This document shows positions 43,491-52,393 of a stretch of DNA of 64,000 nt, in pieces. The stretch is taken from positions 1,184,001 to 1,248,000 of the forward strand of contig OY781092.1 of NCBI GenBank assembly GCA_963676615.1, written 5' to 3'. Numbering within the stretch: position 1 is the first letter of the stretch; every line of letters begins with the position of its first letter. The notes below the pieces were generated by a model that had not been told where the DNA came from, did no database searches, and saw nothing but the letters and a program-made list of their open reading frames with translations. The stretch is from Candidatus Cloacimonadota bacterium. Its GTDB lineage: Bacteria > Cloacimonadota > Cloacimonadia > G963667145. Made by a program: the position numbers and the translations under genes.

Positions 43491-44321
43491 TCACTTTTTT
43501 TTATTTTTCAGCCCAAAAGACTGCGTTACTCTATCCAAAAATATCGCCAAAATCACGACTGCCAGCCCGCTTTCGAACCCAATATCGATTCGCAATTGGG
43601 TAATGCCCTTCAAAATCTCGCCTCCTAGACCTCCTGCGCCAATCATCGCGCTGATGACCACCATCGAAAGCGAGAGCATAATCGTCTGGTTAATTCCAGT
43701 GAAAATCGTTTTTTTCGCTAGAGGCAACTGCACCTTCAGCAGTAGCTGGGTCGGCGAGCAGCCAAACGAGATGCCGGCTTCCACCACCTCTTTGGAAACT
43801 TCTCGAATGCCCAAAGTCGTCAGCCGCACGGCTGGCGGCATCGAAAAAATCACCGTCGAAATCACGCCCGGCACTCTGCCCAGCTGAAAAAACAAAACCG
43901 ACGGAATCAGATAGACAAAAGCTGGCATTGTTTGCATAAAATCCAGCACCAAGCGCACCGAAGCCTCCGCCTGTTTACTCCGCGAGCAAAAAATTCCAAT
44001 CGGGATGCCGATTATAAGCGCCAAAAATGTCGAAATCAAAATCATCGCCAAAGTCTGCATCGTCTGCAGCCAAAATCCCATCGACCAAATCATCGCAAAG
44101 CCAACAAGCGTGAAAATCGCCACGCCTTTGCCGCAAAGTTTATACGCCAAAAGCGCCAGAGCAAAAATCAGCAAAAAAGCAGGAACCCAAATCAAAACAG
44201 CTTCCACGCCCTGAATAAAGCTGGTTACCACAATCGTGATAAACTCAAAAAGCCAGCTAAAATGCGCCTCTAGCCAATCAACGCCCGAAGCAAAAAGTTT
44301 GCCAATATTCATAAATTTCAT
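43491..44321 (-). CDS. opuAB: Glycine betaine/proline ABC permease (OpuAB/ProW)
   Basis: LDFMQTMPAFVYLIP, GINQTIMLSLSMVV. Confidence 0.92.
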   Translation of the reverse strand: MKFMNIGKLFASGVDWLEAHFSWLFEFITIVVTSFIQGVEAVLIWVPAFLLIFALALLAYKLCGKGVAIFTLVGFAMIWSMGFWLQTMQTLAMILISTFLALIIGIPIGIFCSRSKQAEASVRLVLDFMQTMPAFVYLIPSVLFFQLGRVPGVISTVIFSMPPAVRLTTLGIREVSKEVVEAGISFGCSPTQLLLKVQLPLAKKTIFTGINQTIMLSLSMVVISAMIGAGGLGGEILKGITQLRIDIGFESGLAVVILAIFLDRVTQSFGLKNKKK

Positions 44322-45562
44322 CTTTCCTCCACAGCCTCTTTGGGCACGATGTTATCGTCCTGCGTCACATATTCCTCTCCCATCACAATCGACACAGCCG
44401 TCGCCTTGGAGACGATTCCCAAAAACTTGCGATTTTCGTCCACAACGCTGATGGGCATCTCCTCGTTAATATACAGCGGAATCAAATCGTGAATATAAGT
44501 GTCTGGCGACACAACTGGCGCATCTTTATCGATAAAATCCTGCAAATTCTCATAGCCTTTTTTGTCCGCCAAAATCGTCTCCTGCAAAGAGACCATACCC
44601 TCTAGAAATCCGCCGCGAGAAGTCACGGGCAAATATTTCAGAGAATGTCGCCGCATCAAGCGCAGAGCGGCTTTCGGTCCATCTTTTGGATTCATAATCT
44701 TGTCGGGATTTTTGCTCATCACCTTGGAAACCGAGATAATCTTCGCCGAATCGACCTGCTCGACAAAATCGCGCACATAACTATTGGCTGGATCCGCCAA
44801 AATCTGCTCAGGCGTGCCGATTTGCACAATTTTAGCGTCTTTCATAATCGCAATTCTGTCCCCAATCTTGAGCGCCTCATCCAGATCGTGCGTGATAAAA
44901 ACAATCGTCTTGTTCATCTTCTCTTGCAAATTGAGAAGCTCGTCCTGCATATTGCTGCGAATCAGCGGGTCAAGCGCCGAAAAAGCCTCGTCCATCAGCA
45001 AAATATCTGTGCCCATCGCCAAAGCTCTGCCCAGCCCAACTCGCTGCTGCATTCCCCCAGAAAGCTCGCCGCACATCTGCCGACCATACCCTTTGAGCCC
45101 CACCGTCTCCAGCACCTGCTGCGCCCGCTGCTCCCGCTCTTCCAGTGGCACCTGAGCAATCTCCAGCCCAAAAGCCACATTGGAAATCACATCACGATGC
45201 GGCAAAAGCCCAAAATGTTGAAACACCATCGCCACTTCCTTTCGCCTTATCTCCCGCAGCCGCTGCTTGTCCGCGCGCACAATCTCGTAATCGTCCAAAA
45301 AAATCGAGCCAAAAGTTGGATTTATCAATCTGTTCAGGCAACGCAAAAGCGTAGATTTGCCGCTGCCAGACAATCCCATCACCACAAAAATTTCGCCTTC
45401 ATACACCTCAAAAGAAGCGTCGGCGACACCGACATTACAGCCAGTAGAGTTTAAAATTTCTTGCTTGGTTTTGTTTTCTAACAAAAGTTTGCGGATTTTC
45501 TGCTTGTCACCACCAAAAAACTTGCACAATCCTTCAACTTTAATTTTGACTTTTTGATTCAT
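44318..45562 (-). CDS. opuAA: Glycine betaine/proline ABC ATPase with CBS domains (OpuAA/ProV)
   Basis: MGLSGSGKS, LSGGMQQRVGL, MDEAFSALDPLIR, C-terminal CBS pair. Confidence 0.94.
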   Translation of the reverse strand: MNQKVKIKVEGLCKFFGGDKQKIRKLLLENKTKQEILNSTGCNVGVADASFEVYEGEIFVVMGLSGSGKSTLLRCLNRLINPTFGSIFLDDYEIVRADKQRLREIRRKEVAMVFQHFGLLPHRDVISNVAFGLEIAQVPLEEREQRAQQVLETVGLKGYGRQMCGELSGGMQQRVGLGRALAMGTDILLMDEAFSALDPLIRSNMQDELLNLQEKMNKTIVFITHDLDEALKIGDRIAIMKDAKIVQIGTPEQILADPANSYVRDFVEQVDSAKIISVSKVMSKNPDKIMNPKDGPKAALRLMRRHSLKYLPVTSRGGFLEGMVSLQETILADKKGYENLQDFIDKDAPVVSPDTYIHDLIPLYINEEMPISVVDENRKFLGIVSKATAVSIVMGEEYVTQDDNIVPKEAVEER

Positions 45563-45834
45563 ATGCCCTCCTTGGAAAAAACTAGACAATTCTACTTTGG
45601 AAAGGCGATGAGATACAAAAAACAGATTGGAAACTCTCAATAATAGAAGAAACGAAAGTTTCCCGATTTTTTTAAAGAAGAGCTATGGCTCTAAATGATT
45701 TAGTCCTGTTCGGATTTTGATTCTTTTTTTTAAATTCATCTGCTATGACAAAAGCAAAAATCGAGGCTATCTGTCAAGCGCCAACTTCGATTATTATGTA
45801 AACTAGGGGAAATTTTACAAATTTTTGGAGAAAA

Positions 45835-46263
45835 CTACACCTTCTCCCAAAACTCCCTATCCCCTGCCACTTCTGCAAAAAGCGGATGCAACTGGCAACT
45901 GGCGACACCCTGCAAAATCTTCGCTCGTGCAAGGTCTCGCACAGCCAATTTCCGCAGCAAATGCTCCCGCTCATAGGCGATTTGCCCGCTGGTTACCTGC
46001 AATTTTGGCGCACTCTGCACTGGCTCAAATTTGTTCGCATCGAAATTATACCCCCGCCTGCACGCCTCTTCCCACACCTCTTGCAGATAAAAATTGATGC
46101 TCAAAAGCGGCGACTCCGCCTGTCGAAACCGCAAAAGCTGCGGATGATTTTTATAGCCTTTGGTCTGCCCCTGCAAAACTTTTTTCGCCAAAAGCGTCTC
46201 TCGCCAAAGAGCCAGCAACCCCTTAACATCCAGATATTTCGGGTGAATCGACCACAATCGCAT
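45835..46263 (-). CDS. Pyrimidine dimer DNA glycosylase / endonuclease V family protein
   Basis: MRLWSIHPKYLD.KGL.ALWRE...GYKNHPQL signature. Confidence 0.85.
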   Translation of the reverse strand: MRLWSIHPKYLDVKGLLALWRETLLAKKVLQGQTKGYKNHPQLLRFRQAESPLLSINFYLQEVWEEACRRGYNFDANKFEPVQSAPKLQVTSGQIAYEREHLLRKLAVRDLARAKILQGVASCQLHPLFAEVAGDREFWEKV

Positions 46264-46299
46264 AATTTTTTACCTTGCAAACAGCAAAAAATCTCGCCG

Positions 46300-46785
46300 C
46301 TACAACGGCATCTGAGCGGTCAGCACGCAAAACACCTGCATTCCGAGTCCCTTGCCAAAATCGCTCAAACCCTCGCCAGTGGTCGCTGTGAGACCGATAT
46401 TTCCTGGCTCCATCTGCAAAATCTTCGCTAGAGACTCTTTTATCTCCAAAATTCTGCCCTCCAGCTTTGGTTTTTGCGCCTCAACCGAGAGCGACAAATG
46501 CACGATTTTGCCGTTTTGCTCTGCCAAATCTTCCAACGCCGCAGCCAAATACTGCTTGCTGTCGGTGATGCCCAGCCTGCACATTTTGTCGGCAACTTTG
46601 CCCAAAATATTGCGCCCCGTAACGCCCGAAATAGCGTTGGTTATCGCATGCAAAATCACATCGCCGTCGCTGTTGGCAACAAAGCTAAACTCTTTGCTAA
46701 AGCAAATTCCGCCCAAAAAAAGCCCTTTGGTTGTATCGCCAAAATCGTAGCGATGGCTGTCCTGCCCGATGCTCACCTTAATCAT
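46300..46785 (-). CDS. ispF: 2-C-methyl-D-erythritol 2,4-cyclodiphosphate synthase
   Basis: IGQDSH, SDGDVILHA, TATTGEGL. Confidence 0.93.
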   Translation of the reverse strand: MIKVSIGQDSHRYDFGDTTKGLFLGGICFSKEFSFVANSDGDVILHAITNAISGVTGRNILGKVADKMCRLGITDSKQYLAAALEDLAEQNGKIVHLSLSVEAQKPKLEGRILEIKESLAKILQMEPGNIGLTATTGEGLSDFGKGLGMQVFCVLTAQMPL

Positions 46786-47627
46786 TGCAAGAACCCCCTA
46801 ACAAGCTCAATCTGCTGGGCGTAGCTGCTCAATTTCGCGGGCGTCTCCAAAATCAGCGGCTTCTTTTGCGCATACGCAAACCGCACAATCTCTGCAATCC
46901 CCGCCAAGCCAATTTTGCCCGCTCCCAAATCTTCGTGTCGATCCACTCGGCTGCCGACGATTTTTTTGGCGTCGTTCAGGTGAAAGCAAACCAGCCGCTG
47001 GATGCCCATTCGCTGATCGAACTCATCCAACCAACTTTGCACGCCGTCCTTGCTGGTCAAATCGTATCCCGCAGCAAAAGCGTGGCAAGTGTCTAGGCAA
47101 AATCCAATGCGAGGATGACGCTCCAGCGCATCGAAAAGTTCCTCCAGCTCGGGCAAGCGAAACCCAATCTCCGTGCCTTGCCCTGCGGTGTTCTCCAGCA
47201 CAATTTTCGCATCCTCTGGCGTCGCCTGCAGCACATATTCCAAGCTTTGTTTGATGTTCGCAAAAGCCTCTTTTTTCTCCATTTCCAGATACTTCCCGAT
47301 GTGCAAAACGATGCCCGCTCCACCAAGCGCGCTGATTTTTTTCATATCGTCCACCAAACTGTCGGCAACATAGGCGAACTCCTGCAGCGGTTTGGCAAAG
47401 TTCAAAAGATAGGAGCAGTGCCCGATGAGGAAAATGTCTTTCTCCTGCAGCCGCGCGCGCACCTGCTGGGCTTCCTCCTGCGTCAAATTTTTCGCATAGC
47501 GATAGCTGCGCGGACTTTTCAAAAAAATCTGCACAGCGTTGCCGCCCCAATCTTCCACAGTCGTCACCGCCTGCAAAAAGCCCTTGGCAATCGAGCTGTG
47601 CGCCCCGATTTTCAAAACATCACTCAC
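46782..47627 (-). CDS. nfo: Endonuclease IV
   Basis: IGAHSS, YLLN, ENTAGQG, CLDTCH, HLND, DRHE, ILETP; GTG start at 47627 after GGAGG (ORF track 47738). Confidence 0.93.
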   Translation of the reverse strand: MSDVLKIGAHSSIAKGFLQAVTTVEDWGGNAVQIFLKSPRSYRYAKNLTQEEAQQVRARLQEKDIFLIGHCSYLLNFAKPLQEFAYVADSLVDDMKKISALGGAGIVLHIGKYLEMEKKEAFANIKQSLEYVLQATPEDAKIVLENTAGQGTEIGFRLPELEELFDALERHPRIGFCLDTCHAFAAGYDLTSKDGVQSWLDEFDQRMGIQRLVCFHLNDAKKIVGSRVDRHEDLGAGKIGLAGIAEIVRFAYAQKKPLILETPAKLSSYAQQIELVRGFLQ

Positions 47628-47643
47628 AATTTGCCTCCGTTTG

Positions 47644-47721
47644 TGGTTTCGACTCCGCTCAACCACCGCGTTTATTTCCTTAGCGGAGTCGAAGAATGGT
47701 TCCTGAGCGAAATCGAAGGAA
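47644..47721. repeat. Cluster of three REP-like units, core (T)GAGCGGAGTCGAA
   Basis: ttcgactccgct (47648-47659) and agcggagtcgaa (47682-47693) form a perfect 12-bp IR; third degenerate unit ttcctgagcgaaatcgaaggaa. Confidence 0.7.
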
Positions 47722-47727
47722 ACATTT

Positions 47728-48711
47728 TTAAAACGCAATCACAGTTCCAATGTCCGATTTCGACAAGCCATTTTCTGCAATGTCGTCGAAAGTTCTCACC
47801 TTCAACTCCCGCTTGATGTAACCCGCAGAGCTCAGCAAATCGATCGCCTTTTGCATAACCTGACCGCTTGGACCCGTGACTTGTCCCATCAATTCCACGC
47901 TCTCTTTTTTGGCAAGCTTAATGTATTTTCTGTTCGTCAAATTGATGATAAAGCCAATCACGCCCGGCAATTTTACTCCCGCTTTGTGCATCTGCGACGG
48001 ATCGGGCAGCAGAATCGACACCACTTTTTTGGGCTTCAGCCCAATCGACTTGAGCAAAGTTTCCTTGCCCAGCACATCAAAAATGTAATCAACATCGGCA
48101 TCTTTGAGCACCTTGGCAAAATCTTCAGATTTGTAATCGACAATTTTCGAAACGCCAGCTTTTTGCAAAAATTCTTCGGCGCTTTTCGACGCAGTGGCGA
48201 CAATCTCCAAACCCAGAGCTTTGCACAGCTGAACCGCCTGAAATCCGACACCGCCAGCAGCTCCGTGAATCAAAATCTTCTCCCCTTTCTGCGGCTTTAG
48301 CGCCGTAATAGCTTCATACGCTGTCAAAAGCGGAAGCGCTACCGCTCCAGCCTCAAAAGCGTCAATACTTTCGGGAATTTTTGCACAAAATTTTTCGGAT
48401 ATCACAATCTCTTGCGCCCACGCTCCAATATCGCTAAACAGCCGATAAAACATAGCTTTATCGCCCACTTTAAAATTAGCCACGCCAGAGCCAACCTCCG
48501 CGACTTCGCCAGCACCGTCAACTCCGCCAATCTGAGGATTTTTATATTTCAAAGTCGGGAATCCCTTCATCAAATCCATATCGATCGGATTCACCCTGCT
48601 GGATATCATCTTTAGCCGAATCTCGCCAGCCTGCAAAGCCGCTTTTGGCATCTGCACCACCTGCATTGTGGCAAACTCCTTGCCACGCTTAGTTTGAACT
48701 ATCGCTCTCAT
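47728..48711 (-). CDS. NADP-dependent oxidoreductase, MDR/quinone-reductase family
   Basis: VNPID, ILIHGAAGGVG, DYIFDVLG; no Zn-ADH cysteine set. Confidence 0.9.
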   Translation of the reverse strand: MRAIVQTKRGKEFATMQVVQMPKAALQAGEIRLKMISSRVNPIDMDLMKGFPTLKYKNPQIGGVDGAGEVAEVGSGVANFKVGDKAMFYRLFSDIGAWAQEIVISEKFCAKIPESIDAFEAGAVALPLLTAYEAITALKPQKGEKILIHGAAGGVGFQAVQLCKALGLEIVATASKSAEEFLQKAGVSKIVDYKSEDFAKVLKDADVDYIFDVLGKETLLKSIGLKPKKVVSILLPDPSQMHKAGVKLPGVIGFIINLTNRKYIKLAKKESVELMGQVTGPSGQVMQKAIDLLSSAGYIKRELKVRTFDDIAENGLSKSDIGTVIAF

Positions 48712-48802
48712 TTTTTCTCCTTTTCCTAATTGCAACAAAATCAACCAGTTATAATTATTTACGACCGTATAAAATCAGCCGCATTTTTTTAGTAAATTAC
48801 CG

Positions 48803-49420
48803 CTAAAACCCTTTTGGCAGCTCGATGGCTTTGGCTGGACACACCTGATAGCAAGTGCCACATTCGTCGCACAACTCTGGATTTATCTTATAAGGCGAGC
48901 CTTCGCTTATAGCAGCAAAAGGGCAAACCTCAGCACATTTTCCGCAAGCGATACATTTTTCGGTAATAAAAAGCCCCGCTGGCGACACCTGCTGATTTCC
49001 AATGGCGAACCTGCGCCGTATCAGCTTCGCTTTTTCGCCGCTAATGTCAAAAATTTCGCCTCTAGCATTTTTTAGGTGAAACAGACTGCTCGTGGCAAAC
49101 TTATTGCCGTCAGGAAAAAGCTCCAACAAACTCGGGCTATGCTCAAAAACCTTGTCCAGATTGCCGTCGCCCAGCTCGATAGCCGCGCCCTTTAGCCGCA
49201 CTTGCGTAAAATTGTCGTTAATCACCGTAATGGCGATGTTACAATTTTTTTGCAGCTGCCAATAAAACGGCTTGCTCTTTAGCGTGATGAAATAAATTTC
49301 GCCGTCAATAATTTGCAAATCCACAATTCTGGACTCGGGATTTCCGCCTGCAACCGTCGAAATGACGCTCGATTTCACATCTTTCAAGATTTTTATAGCC
49401 TCGTTTTTCACACTATCCAT
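48803..49420 (-). CDS. PNPOx-like FMN split-barrel protein with C-terminal 2x[4Fe-4S] domain
   Basis: PESRIVDL...YFIT...KPFYWQL; CIACGKCAEVCP and CDECGTCYQVCP. Confidence 0.85.
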   Translation of the reverse strand: MDSVKNEAIKILKDVKSSVISTVAGGNPESRIVDLQIIDGEIYFITLKSKPFYWQLQKNCNIAITVINDNFTQVRLKGAAIELGDGNLDKVFEHSPSLLELFPDGNKFATSSLFHLKNARGEIFDISGEKAKLIRRRFAIGNQQVSPAGLFITEKCIACGKCAEVCPFAAISEGSPYKINPELCDECGTCYQVCPAKAIELPKGF

Positions 49421-50228
49421 TTTTTTCTCCTTTTTCTGCCAAAAATTTGGCTAGCTCATCTTTGTAAAAATCGTCCAAAGAATCCTTGCCAATAATGGAC
49501 TTTAAGCCCTTATCTTTCAAAAAAGATTTTACAAAAGCGTTTTTCGGCTGAAAAATCAACTCCTCTTTTGAGCCGATTTGCGAAATTTTTCCCTTGTCGA
49601 GCAAAACGATTTTCGTGCCCAGTTTTAGCGCCTCTTCAATATCGTGAGTGACGAACAAAATGGTCTTGCCTAACTTTTGGTGAAGGCTCTTTAGCTCATA
49701 CTGCAGCTTGCTCCTGGCGATCTCGTCCACAGCGCCAAACGGCTCGTCCATCAAAATCACCTCTGGGTCGTTGGCAAGCGCCCGCGCTACACCAACCCTC
49801 TGCTGCTGCCCGCCGCTAAGCTCCCGTGGGTAGCGACTCAGCATCCGCATATCCATACCAACCAACTCTATCAGCTGCTTTGCTCGCTCTACCAAAAAAG
49901 TTTTATCCTTGCCGTCTAGCGAAACGACAAACCCGATATTTTCCTGAATCGTCATATGCGGGAAAAGCCCGATTTGCTGGATAACATAGCCGATTTCCCG
50001 ACGCAGCTCGATTGCGTCCCAATCGGTTAGCGGTTTATCGCAAAAAAATATTTCGCCGCTATCGGGGAGCACCAGCTGGTTGACCATCTTCATCAGCGTG
50101 GTTTTGCCGCAGCCAGAAGCGCCCAAAATTGTCAAAAAATCGCCTTTCTCCACATTTAGCGAAAGCTCGTCGATTACCGCTTGCCCGTCGTAGCTTTTGC
50201 TCACATTTTCAAAAACCAACAAAGGCAT
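49413..50228 (-). CDS. Osmoprotectant-class ABC ATPase (OpuCA/EgtV-like, no CBS domain)
   Basis: GASGCGKT, LRREIGYVIQQIGLFPH, LSGGQQQR, MDEPFGA. Confidence 0.9.
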   Translation of the reverse strand: MPLLVFENVSKSYDGQAVIDELSLNVEKGDFLTILGASGCGKTTLMKMVNQLVLPDSGEIFFCDKPLTDWDAIELRREIGYVIQQIGLFPHMTIQENIGFVVSLDGKDKTFLVERAKQLIELVGMDMRMLSRYPRELSGGQQQRVGVARALANDPEVILMDEPFGAVDEIARSKLQYELKSLHQKLGKTILFVTHDIEEALKLGTKIVLLDKGKISQIGSKEELIFQPKNAFVKSFLKDKGLKSIIGKDSLDDFYKDELAKFLAEKGEKNG

Positions 50229-51103
50229 CAAATCAAACCTTTTGACCGCAAAAAATCTTCTGCCACTTTTTCCGCGGGAACTTTTTCGATCTCCACCAAA
50301 TAGTTCATCTGCGTCATTTCGTCGTTGCTGATTTTGCCCGTCAACTGCTCCAGCACGCCCTGCAATTCTGGATATTTCGCAAGGGTCTGTTTGCGCACCA
50401 AGCTCGCCGCAAAATATGAGGGAAAGTAATTTTTGTCGTCCTCAAGCAGCACCAAATCGGCTTGCTTCAACCTTGCGTCGGTCGAAAAAACATTGATCGC
50501 ATCAACTTGCCCAGAGGCAATCGCCTCGTATTTCAGCCCGATATCCAGCTCAACCTTGTCGTTAAAATCCATTCCATACTCTCGCTGCAGCCCTGGATAG
50601 CCATCTTCCCGCTCGAAAAAATCGTATTCGGCGGCAAACCTGATGTTGTCGCTATTTTTTGCCAAATCGGAGTAAGTTTTAATGTCGTATCTTTCTGCGG
50701 CTTCGCGAGTTACGGCAATTCCGTAGGTGTCGTTAAATCCATACAAGCCCAACCAAAGCAGCGAAAAATCGTTCTCGTAGCGATTTTTCACCTGATTGTA
50801 TAGCTCGCTGGGATTTCTAATCAAATCCTCCTTCAGCACAAAAAGCCAGCCAGTGCCCGTGTATTCGGGATAAATGTCGATCTCGCCGCCGAGTATCGCC
50901 GGGTGCAAATTTGAGGTTCCACCGCCAACTGCCTGCTTTTGCTCCACTTGCAAATCCGTTTTTGCCTGTATCAGCTGCGATATTATCTCCACCAAAATAT
51001 ACTGCTCCGTCATCGGTTTACCAGCCACAACTATCTGCTTTTTTCCGCAACCTGCCGCAAAAAACACGCCAATTGCCAAAGCCAAAATCACCATTTTTCT
51101 CAT
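50228..51103 (-). CDS. Quaternary-amine ABC substrate-binding lipoprotein (OpuCC class, EgtU-like)
   Basis: Lipobox AAGC; KPMTEQYIL, GGGTSNLHP, YPEYTGT, GFNDTY, DFFEREDG, FPSY. Confidence 0.85.
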   Translation of the reverse strand: MRKMVILALAIGVFFAAGCGKKQIVVAGKPMTEQYILVEIISQLIQAKTDLQVEQKQAVGGGTSNLHPAILGGEIDIYPEYTGTGWLFVLKEDLIRNPSELYNQVKNRYENDFSLLWLGLYGFNDTYGIAVTREAAERYDIKTYSDLAKNSDNIRFAAEYDFFEREDGYPGLQREYGMDFNDKVELDIGLKYEAIASGQVDAINVFSTDARLKQADLVLLEDDKNYFPSYFAASLVRKQTLAKYPELQGVLEQLTGKISNDEMTQMNYLVEIEKVPAEKVAEDFLRSKGLI

Positions 51104-51115
51104 AAATTTTTCCTC

Positions 51116-51760
51116 CTAATATTCACCAAAAAGTTTCGTTTTCGCCTTTTTTTCTGCCATTTCCAGAAAAAAATCTGTCACCACGGCGAGTCCTGCCACC
51201 AGCAAACTACCGGCAACGATCATCTCCTGATTATAGGTGGTAATCCCGCGGTAAATCGCCTTTCCAAGTCCGCCTGCGCCGATGAACGAAGCGATGCCGC
51301 CAAGCGCGATGGTCATTATCACCATCGTCCGAAAGCCCGCGATTATCATCGGCATCGCCAAAGGCAGCTGAATCCTGAGCAAGAGCTGCTTTTGCGTGAC
51401 GCCCATTCCAACTGCCGCCTCGATTATCCGAGAGTCCACCTCGTTTATTCCCGTGTATGTGTTGCGAATTATCGGCAAAATCCCGTAAAGAATCAGTGCC
51501 AAAATCGCACTCGTGTTGCCAATTCCCGTTATCGTCACCAAAATTCCGAAAAGCGCAATGGCTGGAATCGTATAAATAAAATTGGTCAGAGCCAAAATAG
51601 TTTTGGCAAGCGCCTGATTTCGTGTCATCAAAACGCCGAGCAAAAGTCCCAAAATCGTGATAACGATGACCGCCACAAATGTGATGAGAATGTGCTGCAG
51701 CAGCAGCTCCAAAAAAAAGTCCCATCTCTCAAGATAAAGCGCAAAAATATTTTTAATCAT
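51116..51760 (-). CDS. Osmoprotectant-class ABC permease
   Basis: TIPAIALFG, LPIIRNTYTG, EAAVGMG, IGAGGLG. Confidence 0.92.
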   Translation of the reverse strand: MIKNIFALYLERWDFFLELLLQHILITFVAVIVITILGLLLGVLMTRNQALAKTILALTNFIYTIPAIALFGILVTITGIGNTSAILALILYGILPIIRNTYTGINEVDSRIIEAAVGMGVTQKQLLLRIQLPLAMPMIIAGFRTMVIMTIALGGIASFIGAGGLGKAIYRGITTYNQEMIVAGSLLVAGLAVVTDFFLEMAEKKAKTKLFGEY

Positions 51761-51784
51761 CTAGCCTCCAATAAAACCTCGCCG

Positions 51785-52219
51785 TTACAGCGTTTGCATA
51801 AAATTTTCATAAACTTTTTGGAGCAGTCGTTGCAAAAGTTCTATCTCTTTTTCGTCCAAATTTTGATACGCCACACTGTGCAAATTTTGCGAAATCTGAA
51901 AAAAATCGTCCCTCATCTTTTCGCCTTTTTCGGTAAGAGAAACCAGCGAAGTGCGGCTGTCGTGCGAATCTGGTGCCACCTGCACATAGCCAAGAGCCTC
52001 CAATTTTTTCACCAGAGTCGTAACAGTGGAACGATCTCGGTTGATTTTTTTTGCCAGCGCCGTTTTGCTCAGCGTCCCGCTTTTGTATAAACTCGCCAAA
52101 ATATCACCATGCGACGGCGCTAAACTCTTGTGTCCCACTCTTTTAAGTTCATGCACAATGTAGGCATAAGCATACTCGCGAATCCTGCTGTTGAGGAAAA
52201 TTATGTTATTAAATTTCAT
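51785..52219 (-). CDS. MarR family transcriptional regulator
   Basis: PSHGDIL, RSTVTTLVKKLEALGY, DSRTSLVSLTEKG; ATG at 52219. Confidence 0.9.
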   Translation of the reverse strand: MKFNNIIFLNSRIREYAYAYIVHELKRVGHKSLAPSHGDILASLYKSGTLSKTALAKKINRDRSTVTTLVKKLEALGYVQVAPDSHDSRTSLVSLTEKGEKMRDDFFQISQNLHSVAYQNLDEKEIELLQRLLQKVYENFMQTL

Positions 52220-52226
52220 ACTGAGC

Positions 52227-52255
52227 AAAATACTTGGACATCCAACTATTGTCAA
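52227..52255 (-). promoter_or_regulatory. Promoter with embedded palindromic operator
   Basis: TTGACA-17 nt-TATTTT; the spacer region contains ATAgTTGGAtgTCCAAgTAT. Confidence 0.7.
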
Positions 52256-52393
52256 ACGCTTTCCTCATTTTCCTCCAAAAAAATACGCCGCTTCGTTTAA
52301 TCCTTGACTAATTTTAGAGCCGTTAGCCATTTGATACTAGACGAATTTCTTCGCTGTCGCTCCAGCCAAAATCCAAAAAAAACGAGGTGGTCG

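Noticed and set aside
45563..45830. Possible c-di-AMP or other riboswitch upstream of the OpuA/ProU operon
   Set aside because: No recognisable aptamer consensus by eye; an Rfam scan would be needed.
47628..47738. N-terminal extension of Nfo overlapping the MDR gene
   Set aside because: A GGAGG SD and GTG at 47627 give a normal-length enzyme; the extension runs through the REP-like repeats.
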